Shown piece after piece: positions 22,182 through 31,495 of a stretch of DNA of 34,906 bases. Position 1 is the first letter of the stretch. Each line of letters starts with the position of its first letter. The DNA lies in the NCBI GenBank assembly GCA_023334545.1, contig JAADVB010000205.1, forward strand, positions 1 through 34,906. Direction: 5' to 3'. Position numbers and translations under genes: made by a program. The stretch is from Salisapilia sapeloensis CBS 127946. Lineage: Eukaryota; Protista; Oomycota. Under the pieces are notes generated by a model, which saw nothing but the letters and a program-made list of their open reading frames with translations, did no database searches and was not told the origin of the DNA.

Positions 22182-25100
22182 ATGGGCAAGAATAAGCAGG
22201 AGAAGCAGGCAAAGAATCGTGCTTCCTCAAGCCTGCGCGCGAGAGAGCAGGTACATGCGAACGGTTTCATCGGCTTCGACAGCTTCCGCGCTCCGACCGA
22301 GACGCCTGGTATATCTAGTGCCGTGTACGACGGACAGGACCACGAGATCTCGTTGGCAGTCAAGCAGCTAGGCAAGAAAGGCTCAGTGACCAAGCTCAAG
22401 GCGCTTTCTGCGATGAAGAACGACATTATCCCGAATCGCAAGCCTGCCGAGCTTCGGTCCATGCTCGGTCCATTCGCACAACTCTATGCGAACGAAATTC
22501 GTGACCAGAACGATGGCAAAGTGCGTCTCGAGCTACAGGAAGTGTTACTGACGTTGACGCACAAGATGAAACCCAAAGCTTTCTCGAGCCACTTGAAACG
22601 AATGCTTCCGTCGTGGGAACAAGCCAAGCAGGATCCAGTGGAAGACGTTGCGAGCGTCGCGAAAGCTGCTTATGACCAAGTGTTCTTAGACGACACGGCG
22701 CCTTCACAAGTCCAGCTCTGGGATGAGTACGTGAATGACGTTCTGGAGCATATTCAGATGACGATCAAGTCCAGTGTAAGTGCATTTCCTGGTGTCGCGC
22801 TGGAAGAAGATGATCAGGAGCGACGGTATGAGCGATGTGTGGCTTCCTGTTTGTTCAGTTTGACGTCGTTGATTGAGTTTCTGTGTTCAAACGATCGAAA
22901 GCACGTTGTCCTATCGCCTGAAGGCACTGTATCCATCTCCTCGATCGTCACCTCCGACGCGTTTGGTAAATTGGTCACAGCATCATCCAAGAACGCTCAT
23001 TTTTCTCGTGAAGGCGTCCGCAAAGCTTCCTACGCTGTCCTCTTGTCTCTCACACAAAAGGCACCAGAGCTAATTGAAACGAAAAGCACCTTGTTCGCTC
23101 GCCTCGTCCTCGGTGCATTCAGCGAAAAGCACGCTGGTAACCATCATTCCTTGTGGGAACTTGAACTGACATTCTTGCAATCCTTCCCTAGTATCTGGGG
23201 CGACAAGCCGACGTCGTCTGCTACTGGCAAGTTCGTCAAGTCTGCTGTCTTTCCTCGTTTTCTCTCTCAATTGCGCCATGGTTTCCATGGTTCATCTGCC
23301 GTCTCCTTTCCTTCTGTCCTGCCGTTTCTGTCGTTGATACCACAAGAATTGACTCTTGAATCAACTGGCAAAGCTCCTTTCTACGTCAATGTATTGGACG
23401 AGATGTGGAAGTTTGTGCAAGGTGGAGAAGCACGAGGGAATGAAGCACATGCCATCAGGTCGTACTTTGAATGTTTCACTGGCTTCTTCTCGTATCTACT
23501 TAAAGGAGATTTGCCATGGGAAGCGAATGGAGAGACGAGCCTGACGTACGTTCAGCAGTTCCAGAAACCTCTCCAGCAATCTCTTCGATCAGTCCTGCAG
23601 TCTCCTGGACTGCCACGAGCTGCACAGTATGTGTACATGGAAAAGTTTGTCGAGATGATAAAGAGGTTGGAGTCAACGCAGACGACATCGACTGGTGTTG
23701 TGATCGTCAAGACTTTGGCGTTAGAGAATCTACCGACGTGGGTGGAAGACTCGTTGCTGACGTCTATCAAAACACGTCTTTGTGTCGAAGGTATTAATGC
23801 CTTGTCTCGAGGCATCGTCCATGCGTTTGTAGAAAAAGAAGAATGGCTTCGTGTCGTACGACAAGTATATGGAGCATCGTTGATGCAACTCCATTCGATT
23901 ATGAACACTGCAACGTCCAGTGCCGATCGGAATGACGGCATGAAGAGCCTTTTGAACGTCATAAACGCATTATACGCTCTCGTAGGTGTCCAAAAGCTCT
24001 TGGATCCGATGGAAGACGAGACCGTCGAGACGCATTTCCAAGTCAAAGTCCGTCCATTGCTCCAATCTCTTTCGGCATTCCGATTCGCTGATACAGAGAG
24101 TTGGGGACCTTTACGTCTATTACTCAAGTCTGCTCGATACTTTGTCCTCGCTACAGACGATAAGAAACGTCTGCTACTAGAATTGATTCAAGACGTTGGT
24201 GTCCAGCAAGGAGCGTTAGTAGAAGCAACAGCTCTTGTGGAGCATACGCTCTCCTTCTCTTCGGCATTTCACGAACGTTGGTTGTCGTTTGGTAGTTGGC
24301 AGCCTCGTCAAGAGGTGAAGAGAGATGACGATGACGTAGTGGAAACCTTGGCGGCTGTATGGAGCAGTAAAGTCTTTGATGAATTCTTAATGCTAAGTCT
24401 CAAGAGCGGACTGGATCATTTCGATGCGGATCAGTTCGCATCTCTACTGAAAGTAGCACTAGGTGGACGATCAAGAGCTCCCGTCGTGAGTCCTGACGCT
24501 GTATTGATTCTCGCACATCATGCTCTCGGGAAAGATGTGAATGACGCACAACGAATGACACTCCTCCCGAGTCTCATTACACTCTTTACGTCGATGGATA
24601 CTACCTTACCAAAAGAGCTAGCGGATGTACAAGTCCAGCTCTATGCTCGATTATTCCAATTCCTACCGAAAGGAATGTATAAGCATGAAGCGGAAACTTT
24701 ATGGTCTGCAAATGTCGTTCCTGCAGTCGAGAGATGGGACAAGAGTCGTCGTGATGACTTGGTCGAACGCATTGCATCCGACTTGAATGCAAGTGTCTCG
24801 GAAGACGAGAAAGAGTTTGCGCTCAAGGTCAAGCATCTGCTCTTGCTATCGAAACATAATCCCGACATCTTCCCACTGCAGCAACTAGGTCGTAACGTGC
24901 ATGTGTTGAACGCAGCTAATAGCAAGTATAGTCGAGTGCTCACGTGCATGTCGGAGCTATGTGACGATAAAGAGTCCGCGGAGCTCGTTGCAACGTACTT
25001 GTCGGAGGTACAAGGTGTCGAGACACTCGCCATGTTAGTAGATATGGATGTCGTACATGCGTTAACCTGGTCCGTGTACCACTCGGATCCTGCAGCGTTT

Positions 25101-27377
25101 GCAGCTTCCAACCATCCTGTGCTTTTGGACACGAAGACATCGGTGCTAGGGAACTACATGGTTCTAGAGACGCTGTACGATGAGATGCAAGGCAGTAGTC
25201 TCATGGACAAGGCGCTGGAACTTGTGCTGAAGCAGACGGAGCATCATGTTCTTGTGAAAGCGTCTCGATGTGCCTTGTTGATGGGCGTCGAGAGCACTGA
25301 AGAGGTGCTGACGGAAGAGCAGGAGCACCATGTGAGTGCTATGGTTGCGCAAGTGCTTTCTACCTATGCTAGTACAGACTTCCTCGTCAAGTCTATGACT
25401 AATGATGCGACAGAAGCAGTAGCTATTAGTCTAGTAAAGAGAGGAGAGGTCGAGCGTATTGATCCGTTGTATACTCAAGAGGTAAGTGAGAAGCAGCTGC
25501 AGATCGTTGCTGCGATATGGAAGCAGCTCGAGTTGAATGGGGATCAAGTGGACGTAGCGTCGGATACACTTGCATCTGTCTGCAACTACATTGTGTCTCT
25601 CTTGACGTCATCGGACGTTGTGTCAGTATCCATGTGGACCGCATGTGCAGACTACATCAGTTACATGCCATCTAACCTCCTCTCTACCATCAAAACCGAG
25701 TGGACGAAAGCAATGCGTGCTGTCATCATGCACTGCATCGGTGGTAGGCACGAGACGGCTCACACCAGTGCACTCAAGCTCCATCAGCTCGATGCTTCTG
25801 CAGTAGATGAAGCCTCGATGGTGCAGGCGTACTCTAAAGAACGAGCTGTCGCTCGTCTCTCTCTCCTCCATCTCCTCCAGTCTCTATCGACTCGAGGTGA
25901 GGAAGAGCAGCTACAGGAGCTCGCAGGACACTACCGAGAAGCACTCTTGTCTTCCGTCCTATGCTCCTTATCGGAAGGAGTGTCGATGCAAGCGCATCTT
26001 GTCTCGACCTACATGGACGCAGCGTCTCCATCTCAAACCTTCTCCTTTATCCTCCAAGCGCTATATGTCAAGGATTGGATCATCCATACGCTCCATCCGA
26101 GTCATATGATGCTCCAAGCAGTGCATACGTCGCAGGTAAAGGAGCTCGTGCTATCCGCCTTTGGTGGTGTCCCGGGCACGGCGAGTCTGTTTGATGCGAG
26201 CGTCTACCCTATGAGTGATACCCTTCGAGCGCTCTTGTATACGATCGTGTGTACCTGCGGCGCCTTAGCTCCAGTCGACGTAGATGTAGATAGTAAAGAC
26301 ATGGATGTGGAGGATGAAGACGCGGCTGAGACAACGTTAGTGGAGCAAGTCGTGCCTGAGAGTCTTCGTCATGTTCTCGAGACGACGTTCACGAGTGACG
26401 AAGAAGGCGGGAGAGGTCTTGAACGGAAGAAGAGTAGTCGTAGGAGACTGCAACGACAAGTGGAGTCGAGACAAGACCTCGTGTCACGTATGCTCCTGTG
26501 GGATATCTTCCTCCAGCAATTCCCGTCGACGGATTCCAAGTCGTATACAGTCGTCTTGTCGGCATTAAGCTCCTACGCAAATGCTAAGGGACTCCTAAGT
26601 ACCTTTTTACTCTTCATCTCGACCTTCTTGTCCGAGACAAGAGGCAAGGACGGAGCGTTAGAAGACGCCAAGCTGTTGCGTGTAGATGATTTACAAGGTA
26701 GTGAAGCGTTGATGACGAGTATGACGGATGCAGGCATCCAGCAGATGGGTGCACGTGTCCTCTTCCGAACGGCTGTGCGTATGCCATCGCTTGTGCGTAC
26801 GTGGTGGAATGACGAGTGCGATCGGAGTCTGCGTAGTTGGATGGGCAAGTACTTTGAAGAGAGCGTGACGCCAGTGATGCTCGCGAATGAACTCGAGACG
26901 ATCCGTCGTGCTTCGGAGAATCACAAGTGGGATGCAGATGAAATGGGAGTACGAGGCAGTCGCGTGTCGAGAGAGATCATCACGTCGTATGTCAAGGACG
27001 AATGTACGCTGGAGATGGTGCTCAAGGTACCACCGTCGTACCCGCTCCGATCCGTCGAAGTCGAGTGTACGAAGCGGATTGGGATTAGTGAAGATCGATG
27101 GAGACGATGGGTGCTGCAGATTATGAAAGCGACGTCATCGACAGCAACGGGATCGCTCTTGGATGCTGTCTTGCTTTGGAAACAGAATGTCGACAAGGAG
27201 TTTGACGGTGTCGAGCCGTGTCCGATCTGTTACTCGATTTTGAATCCGAAGAACATGGCACTGCCGAGTCTGTCTTGTAAGACGTGCTCGAATGCCTACC
27301 ACTCGTCTTGTCTGTACAAGTGGTTCACGCAGTCTGGCAAGAACAAATGTCCGATCTGTCAGCAACCGTTCCATTAA
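22182..27377 (+). CDS. LTN1: E3 ubiquitin ligase Listerin (ribosome quality control), 1731 aa
   Basis: N-terminal GFIGF and LGKKGSVTKLKAL, long HEAT-like middle, RWD-like region (LEMVLKVPPSYPLRSVEV), and C-terminal RING CPICY..CKTCSNAYHSSCLYKWF..KCPICQQPF. Intronless. Confidence 0.95.
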   Translation: MGKNKQEKQAKNRASSSLRAREQVHANGFIGFDSFRAPTETPGISSAVYDGQDHEISLAVKQLGKKGSVTKLKALSAMKNDIIPNRKPAELRSMLGPFAQLYANEIRDQNDGKVRLELQEVLLTLTHKMKPKAFSSHLKRMLPSWEQAKQDPVEDVASVAKAAYDQVFLDDTAPSQVQLWDEYVNDVLEHIQMTIKSSVSAFPGVALEEDDQERRYERCVASCLFSLTSLIEFLCSNDRKHVVLSPEGTVSISSIVTSDAFGKLVTASSKNAHFSREGVRKASYAVLLSLTQKAPELIETKSTLFARLVLGAFSEKHAGNHHSLWELELTFLQSFPSIWGDKPTSSATGKFVKSAVFPRFLSQLRHGFHGSSAVSFPSVLPFLSLIPQELTLESTGKAPFYVNVLDEMWKFVQGGEARGNEAHAIRSYFECFTGFFSYLLKGDLPWEANGETSLTYVQQFQKPLQQSLRSVLQSPGLPRAAQYVYMEKFVEMIKRLESTQTTSTGVVIVKTLALENLPTWVEDSLLTSIKTRLCVEGINALSRGIVHAFVEKEEWLRVVRQVYGASLMQLHSIMNTATSSADRNDGMKSLLNVINALYALVGVQKLLDPMEDETVETHFQVKVRPLLQSLSAFRFADTESWGPLRLLLKSARYFVLATDDKKRLLLELIQDVGVQQGALVEATALVEHTLSFSSAFHERWLSFGSWQPRQEVKRDDDDVVETLAAVWSSKVFDEFLMLSLKSGLDHFDADQFASLLKVALGGRSRAPVVSPDAVLILAHHALGKDVNDAQRMTLLPSLITLFTSMDTTLPKELADVQVQLYARLFQFLPKGMYKHEAETLWSANVVPAVERWDKSRRDDLVERIASDLNASVSEDEKEFALKVKHLLLLSKHNPDIFPLQQLGRNVHVLNAANSKYSRVLTCMSELCDDKESAELVATYLSEVQGVETLAMLVDMDVVHALTWSVYHSDPAAFAASNHPVLLDTKTSVLGNYMVLETLYDEMQGSSLMDKALELVLKQTEHHVLVKASRCALLMGVESTEEVLTEEQEHHVSAMVAQVLSTYASTDFLVKSMTNDATEAVAISLVKRGEVERIDPLYTQEVSEKQLQIVAAIWKQLELNGDQVDVASDTLASVCNYIVSLLTSSDVVSVSMWTACADYISYMPSNLLSTIKTEWTKAMRAVIMHCIGGRHETAHTSALKLHQLDASAVDEASMVQAYSKERAVARLSLLHLLQSLSTRGEEEQLQELAGHYREALLSSVLCSLSEGVSMQAHLVSTYMDAASPSQTFSFILQALYVKDWIIHTLHPSHMMLQAVHTSQVKELVLSAFGGVPGTASLFDASVYPMSDTLRALLYTIVCTCGALAPVDVDVDSKDMDVEDEDAAETTLVEQVVPESLRHVLETTFTSDEEGGRGLERKKSSRRRLQRQVESRQDLVSRMLLWDIFLQQFPSTDSKSYTVVLSALSSYANAKGLLSTFLLFISTFLSETRGKDGALEDAKLLRVDDLQGSEALMTSMTDAGIQQMGARVLFRTAVRMPSLVRTWWNDECDRSLRSWMGKYFEESVTPVMLANELETIRRASENHKWDADEMGVRGSRVSREIITSYVKDECTLEMVLKVPPSYPLRSVEVECTKRIGISEDRWRRWVLQIMKATSSTATGSLLDAVLLWKQNVDKEFDGVEPCPICYSILNPKNMALPSLSCKTCSNAYHSSCLYKWFTQSGKNKCPICQQPFH

Positions 27378-27451
27378 AAAGACGTAATAGAACGAGCTTG
27401 TGCTTGTAGATGTATGGTCGAGTATATTCAAAAAGAGAGAGATGTAGATCA

Positions 27452-27992
27452 TTAGAGGAGGATGCAGCCACAGCGAGAGACATCCAAGTCGGTAGATAAA
27501 CGCGTATGTGTCTTCTCGGAATCTAGGTGATCGATTAGGATCGAGAAATTGTGCCAAGATAGAAGATTGGTACCATGAGGTGGTGGTGGAGGCTCTTTCT
27601 TGGATATTGACACGTTTACAGGCGTCGGATGTGTCGAGAAGGCTGGAATCTTGGATGCTTCGAGAGACTTTTTGTCCTGGAGCATGCCTCGCCCCATGCA
27701 TATGAGACGGATGTTGGATATCGGTGGCGCTTCACCTAGATCTACTAGTACTATTAGAACTGGAAAGAACTTGTAGAGGGTACAAGGACGTGCCTTGGGG
27801 CCAATGTCGCTGTAATTCAGACTTGACATGGGAGACAAGCGATGTCTTGGGGAATGGCAGCACAGCGTGCACGCCTTCTCTGTGTGCGAATAGAAACTTG
27901 AGCATGATCTCCGTGTCAGTACTACCATGCTCATCCTTGCGGCGATCGCTCGCAGGAGACAATGACAGCGGCGACTCTGGCGACGTGCTCAT
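27452..27992 (-). CDS. UBL3: Membrane-anchored ubiquitin-fold protein (UBL3/MUB-like), 145 aa from ATG 27992 (upstream in-frame ATGs reach 28091)
   Basis: Exons 27992-27794, 27741-27574 and 27522-27452. Ubiquitin-like IMLKFLF...VSHVKSELQRHWP|..IRLICMGRGMLQD, with C-terminal CGCILL (CaaX plus upstream Cys). Intron 1 requires a GC donor. Confidence 0.8.
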
Positions 27993-28522
27993 CGTCGATC
28001 TAGGTCTTCTTTCTGATTTAGCTTGTTTTAAAGAGGTTATTGCTAAAGTAGCCGACATGCAAACGGACGACGGCGAACCCTTTCTACGCATACCTCATCG
28101 ATTATCTGAATAGCTATCGCACTATTACTCTACGCTGTCTTCCATCTAATCTCTCTCATCTAGCATACAGTAAAATGTAGTGGAGAACAAGTAGTATTGA
28201 AGGAATGATGGAAACCTTGATACTAGATGAAAGGTTTAGGAAAGAAGCGAGGTGGATATTCAAAGACACGAGAATCGAAATATTCAGGAAGAATAGTGAT
28301 AATAGGGAGGGGTTTACAGACTCCATCTATTTCTTCTTCCTTTCGTACTCTACCATTTCCCATCGAGACGACAAATTCTCTTATTTCTGCTTTAGCGAAA
28401 GCTAGTGCATATTGGCAAAAGAACTTGTGGTTTTATCCTAAAACGAGGCAAATTAAGTCGAAAAGGACGTTTTTGAACGGACGTTAAGCCGGCTAAGAAT
28501 ACCTCGTGCACGCGTGACGCTC

Positions 28523-30886
28523 ATGAAGCGACAGCCTATCTCTAGTCACAAACGACCGAATCCACACGCAGCTACTTTTCACCGACCCACACGCCGTCTC
28601 AAGATCAATAAGAACTTCGACTGCATGGAAGACTCGCATGTCGATACGCCCTCTGGTGGCTATGCCATTGGCAATGATACATACCAACGTCCCCCAACAG
28701 CATACTCTCCCCACAAGAGGCTTGACGATGATCCGTTCCGTTGCCAGCAGCAGCAATGCCGAAGCAAGTTGCAAGCGCTGCGGAACGTTCGTGCTCGACT
28801 GACATTTAGCGATTCAAAAGTCGTTCCGTGCACCATTTTCTCGGCCCACTTGAATAACTACGATCCGACGGACGTGTTGTCTCGAGAGAATGCTTCGGAT
28901 AAAATAGCAGGACTAGAACACCTTGTTTTCCAGTTTTTACGTTTCGATGAAATGATGCATTTCGCCAGTCCTGTCTGTCGTCTCTGGCGAGTCGCTGCTT
29001 GCAGTGACATCCAATGGGAAGCACACTTGTACACGCCGCATGAAAAGTATCCGTTGCGAAAGCTTTTGGGTATGGAAGACATGTCTGTCCCTGCGATACA
29101 AGTGTACATGGTCTTTCGTCACATGCGTCTCGCGCAACGTCCTCCTGGCTTGATTGATCAGAGAGGTCCAACGAGAGATCGGACCGAGGTTCCACCCTCT
29201 CTCTCGATGCAATGGATGGCTGGAAAGAGCGTCAGGACACATCCTCGAGAATCGAAGGCTCAATGGGGCCTCGTTCCGTTAGACGGGTATGACGACAATG
29301 TAGTTGGTCGTAGCGCTCTTGTAGCTTCCGTCCATCTCGTCACAAAAGTAAAAGACTTCGCCTTCGCACGTTCGAAGGAACTTAGGATGGAGGATGATAA
29401 GGATCCTGGCTTAGAAACGAAGCCGTCTACCTATATCCCAGAGGACGTCTCGACTGCTATGGTCGACGTCTTCGAACGAGACTTGACGAAGCGTATGACC
29501 ATGAACAACTGGCGTATGCATCAGCCTCAAGTGTTGCCAGAGAGACTAGTCCAGAGCGTGCTACGCCAATTGCTACTTGGTGTCTCGGCGCTAGAGCGTT
29601 CATATGCAGTTCATCTCGACATTTCCCTCGACACAATCCTCGTGGTGGATTCCGTCGTGAACAATGTAGTTGCAACTGAGCAGACAAGTAGTGAAGAGAG
29701 CGATGTAACTTCTCTAGATAGTAGTACTCCTGTTATTGATGTCACGGATAATGATGCTCTTGTGGAGGAGAAGATCCCAGTAGTTTCGTACTCGGATCCA
29801 TTTCCTCTCGTCCAGCTCTTTTGCGACCTATCTACCGTCATGAATCGACGTCCAGAGTCGCTCGTGACACAAGGTGAAGGCATTCTCCCGCCACAAACGG
29901 AGGATGGTCGTGAAGGTTTGGGTTTGCATCAAGAGATGGAGCATGCGCGACAGAACATGCGTGGTCGTCGTGGCATGAACCAGCACCGTCGAGACGATGA
30001 TCCTACTAGTATGATCTACCAAGTTGTTTATGTCATTCTCATGCTCTATACATCTTTCCTTCGTCCAGCTAAAAAACTCTCAGCTACGAGCACATTGGAG
30101 GCCTTGCGGTATACCAACTTACCTTCCGATGACCTTCGTGGCTTCCTCGAGTACGCGATTATACTCGCGAAGACACATGAGGGGTATTATGGCGCACGCA
30201 AGTTTGGTGTCGCGCGTCGATTGCTGCTGCATGCGTATTTAAATGACGTTGACTTGCGTGTAGTTGACGGCTTGGCTAGTGGCAGTATCATGGTAACAGA
30301 TCGGAAGCACACTCCGTGCCTACCTCGTGGACATGCATCCAGTTCAATACAGATGCAGACGTACGTGGAGATGGTGGAAGCGTGGCACTTGTCTTCATCT
30401 AACCATATCGTCTATAAACATACACACCGACATCGATCAGACGTCGAGAGAGCGATGATGCCGTCAACAGCGTTAGGAAGAGCGTATCTAGATACAGTGA
30501 CGTTGCCGCGTCGGATGCCGCTGGAGAGATTCGTTGCTCTGACAGTGCCGTGGACAGACAGCTCGACTGTCATTGAGGATGTCGTCAAGACCCAGTTCGG
30601 GACGTTGCAGCAGTTGGATCTATCACGAGTCTATGTCCCGTTTTCCGTTATGCTACAGCAATTGGAAAAGCTACGGAATCTACGTCGAGTCCGATTGCCA
30701 CGAGAGTTACTACGAGAAGATAATTTGGAGCAGATGATTGCAGCGTTGGATAGTCGAGGTGTCTTGGAGAAGCTTCAGGTGATGGATGAGGAAGTTGCGA
30801 GAGCGATGGATCGGATGGAGGAGTCTTATAAGGAGCAATTGGATATGCTGCAGTTTATATTGGAAACCAAGTGGAAAGACAAGTAG
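28523..30886 (+). CDS. F-box + degenerate protein-kinase-like domain + C-terminal LRR-like protein, 787 aa
   Basis: F-box LEHLVFQFLRFDEMMHFASPVCRLWR..A....QW. CDK-like remnant VFERDLTKRM..LPERLVQSVLRQLLLGVSALERSYAVHLDISLDTILV, and ARRLLLHAYLND resembling kinase subdomain XI. LRR-like LQQLDLS..LEKLRNLRRVRLP. First ATG is at 28523. Confidence 0.7.
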   Translation: MKRQPISSHKRPNPHAATFHRPTRRLKINKNFDCMEDSHVDTPSGGYAIGNDTYQRPPTAYSPHKRLDDDPFRCQQQQCRSKLQALRNVRARLTFSDSKVVPCTIFSAHLNNYDPTDVLSRENASDKIAGLEHLVFQFLRFDEMMHFASPVCRLWRVAACSDIQWEAHLYTPHEKYPLRKLLGMEDMSVPAIQVYMVFRHMRLAQRPPGLIDQRGPTRDRTEVPPSLSMQWMAGKSVRTHPRESKAQWGLVPLDGYDDNVVGRSALVASVHLVTKVKDFAFARSKELRMEDDKDPGLETKPSTYIPEDVSTAMVDVFERDLTKRMTMNNWRMHQPQVLPERLVQSVLRQLLLGVSALERSYAVHLDISLDTILVVDSVVNNVVATEQTSSEESDVTSLDSSTPVIDVTDNDALVEEKIPVVSYSDPFPLVQLFCDLSTVMNRRPESLVTQGEGILPPQTEDGREGLGLHQEMEHARQNMRGRRGMNQHRRDDDPTSMIYQVVYVILMLYTSFLRPAKKLSATSTLEALRYTNLPSDDLRGFLEYAIILAKTHEGYYGARKFGVARRLLLHAYLNDVDLRVVDGLASGSIMVTDRKHTPCLPRGHASSSIQMQTYVEMVEAWHLSSSNHIVYKHTHRHRSDVERAMMPSTALGRAYLDTVTLPRRMPLERFVALTVPWTDSSTVIEDVVKTQFGTLQQLDLSRVYVPFSVMLQQLEKLRNLRRVRLPRELLREDNLEQMIAALDSRGVLEKLQVMDEEVARAMDRMEESYKEQLDMLQFILETKWKDK

Positions 30887-30920
30887 TAGCTAAGTCGTTG
30901 GAATGAATGGATTTAGTGTC

Positions 30921-31428
30921 TTAGGAGCGTTGGAAGAGATGGAGCATCGGTATGTCTTCAAGTTCACGACGTGCACATAAGTACTCGCCAAGAAGGATGG
31001 TGGTAGCTGCTGAAGCAATGTGGATGAGCCACCAATCCCATGACTTGGGAAACTCCTAGTAGATGTCTTTAGTATTGATAAAGTGGTTAGAGGAGATGGA
31101 CATGTACCGAGTAAAACGTTTGGACCAGGAGATCGATAAAGTAGAGCGTGACGCCAAAGTCGAGGCACTTCTTAGCACGTTCAACGAGGAAGACTAGGTA
31201 GACAGCACAAGCGATGCTGGAAATGAACACGGCGACGGCGTTCTTGATACCGTCGATGGAAGCAAAGGATTGCGTGTAGTAGGCAAAGAACTGGTCTAAG
31301 GAGAGGCTACTTCCATGGCAAAAGAGCAGCACAAGTCCTTTTGTCATGTAAAAGGCACTCTGCATGCATATGATCTGGAGCAAGATGAGTCGAGGCCGCC
31401 ATCGGGCGTCTGCATAGAATTTTGCCAT
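30921..31428 (-). CDS. SYS1: SYS1 Golgi trafficking membrane protein, 151 aa
   Basis: Exons 31428-31108 and 31055-30921 (52-nt intron). W.PRLILLQIICMQSAFY, VERAKKCLDF, FPKSWDWW and LGEYLCARRELEDIP. Confidence 0.92.
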
Positions 31429-31446
31429 GATGTTATGCTATTGAAA

Positions 31447-31459
31447 TCACTTAAAGTGA
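31447..31459. promoter_or_regulatory. Palindromic pair of initiator-like elements (TCACTT-A-AAGTGA) in the 67-bp head-to-head gap
   Basis: Perfect 6-bp inverted repeat with a 1-nt spacer. The minus strand reads TCACTTT (matches YCAYTYY) and the plus strand reads TCACTTA (one mismatch). It lies between ATG 31428(-) and ATG 31496(+). Confidence 0.4.
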
Positions 31460-31495
31460 GTATACTGATACCACCATACCACGAGCTCAGTACTC

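Noticed and set aside
18366-30886. Apparent quality-control cluster (Las1, HslU, LTN1, UBL3, F-box)
   Set aside because: These genes act in different compartments and pathways, and such housekeeping functions are common. There is no evidence of a functional cluster.
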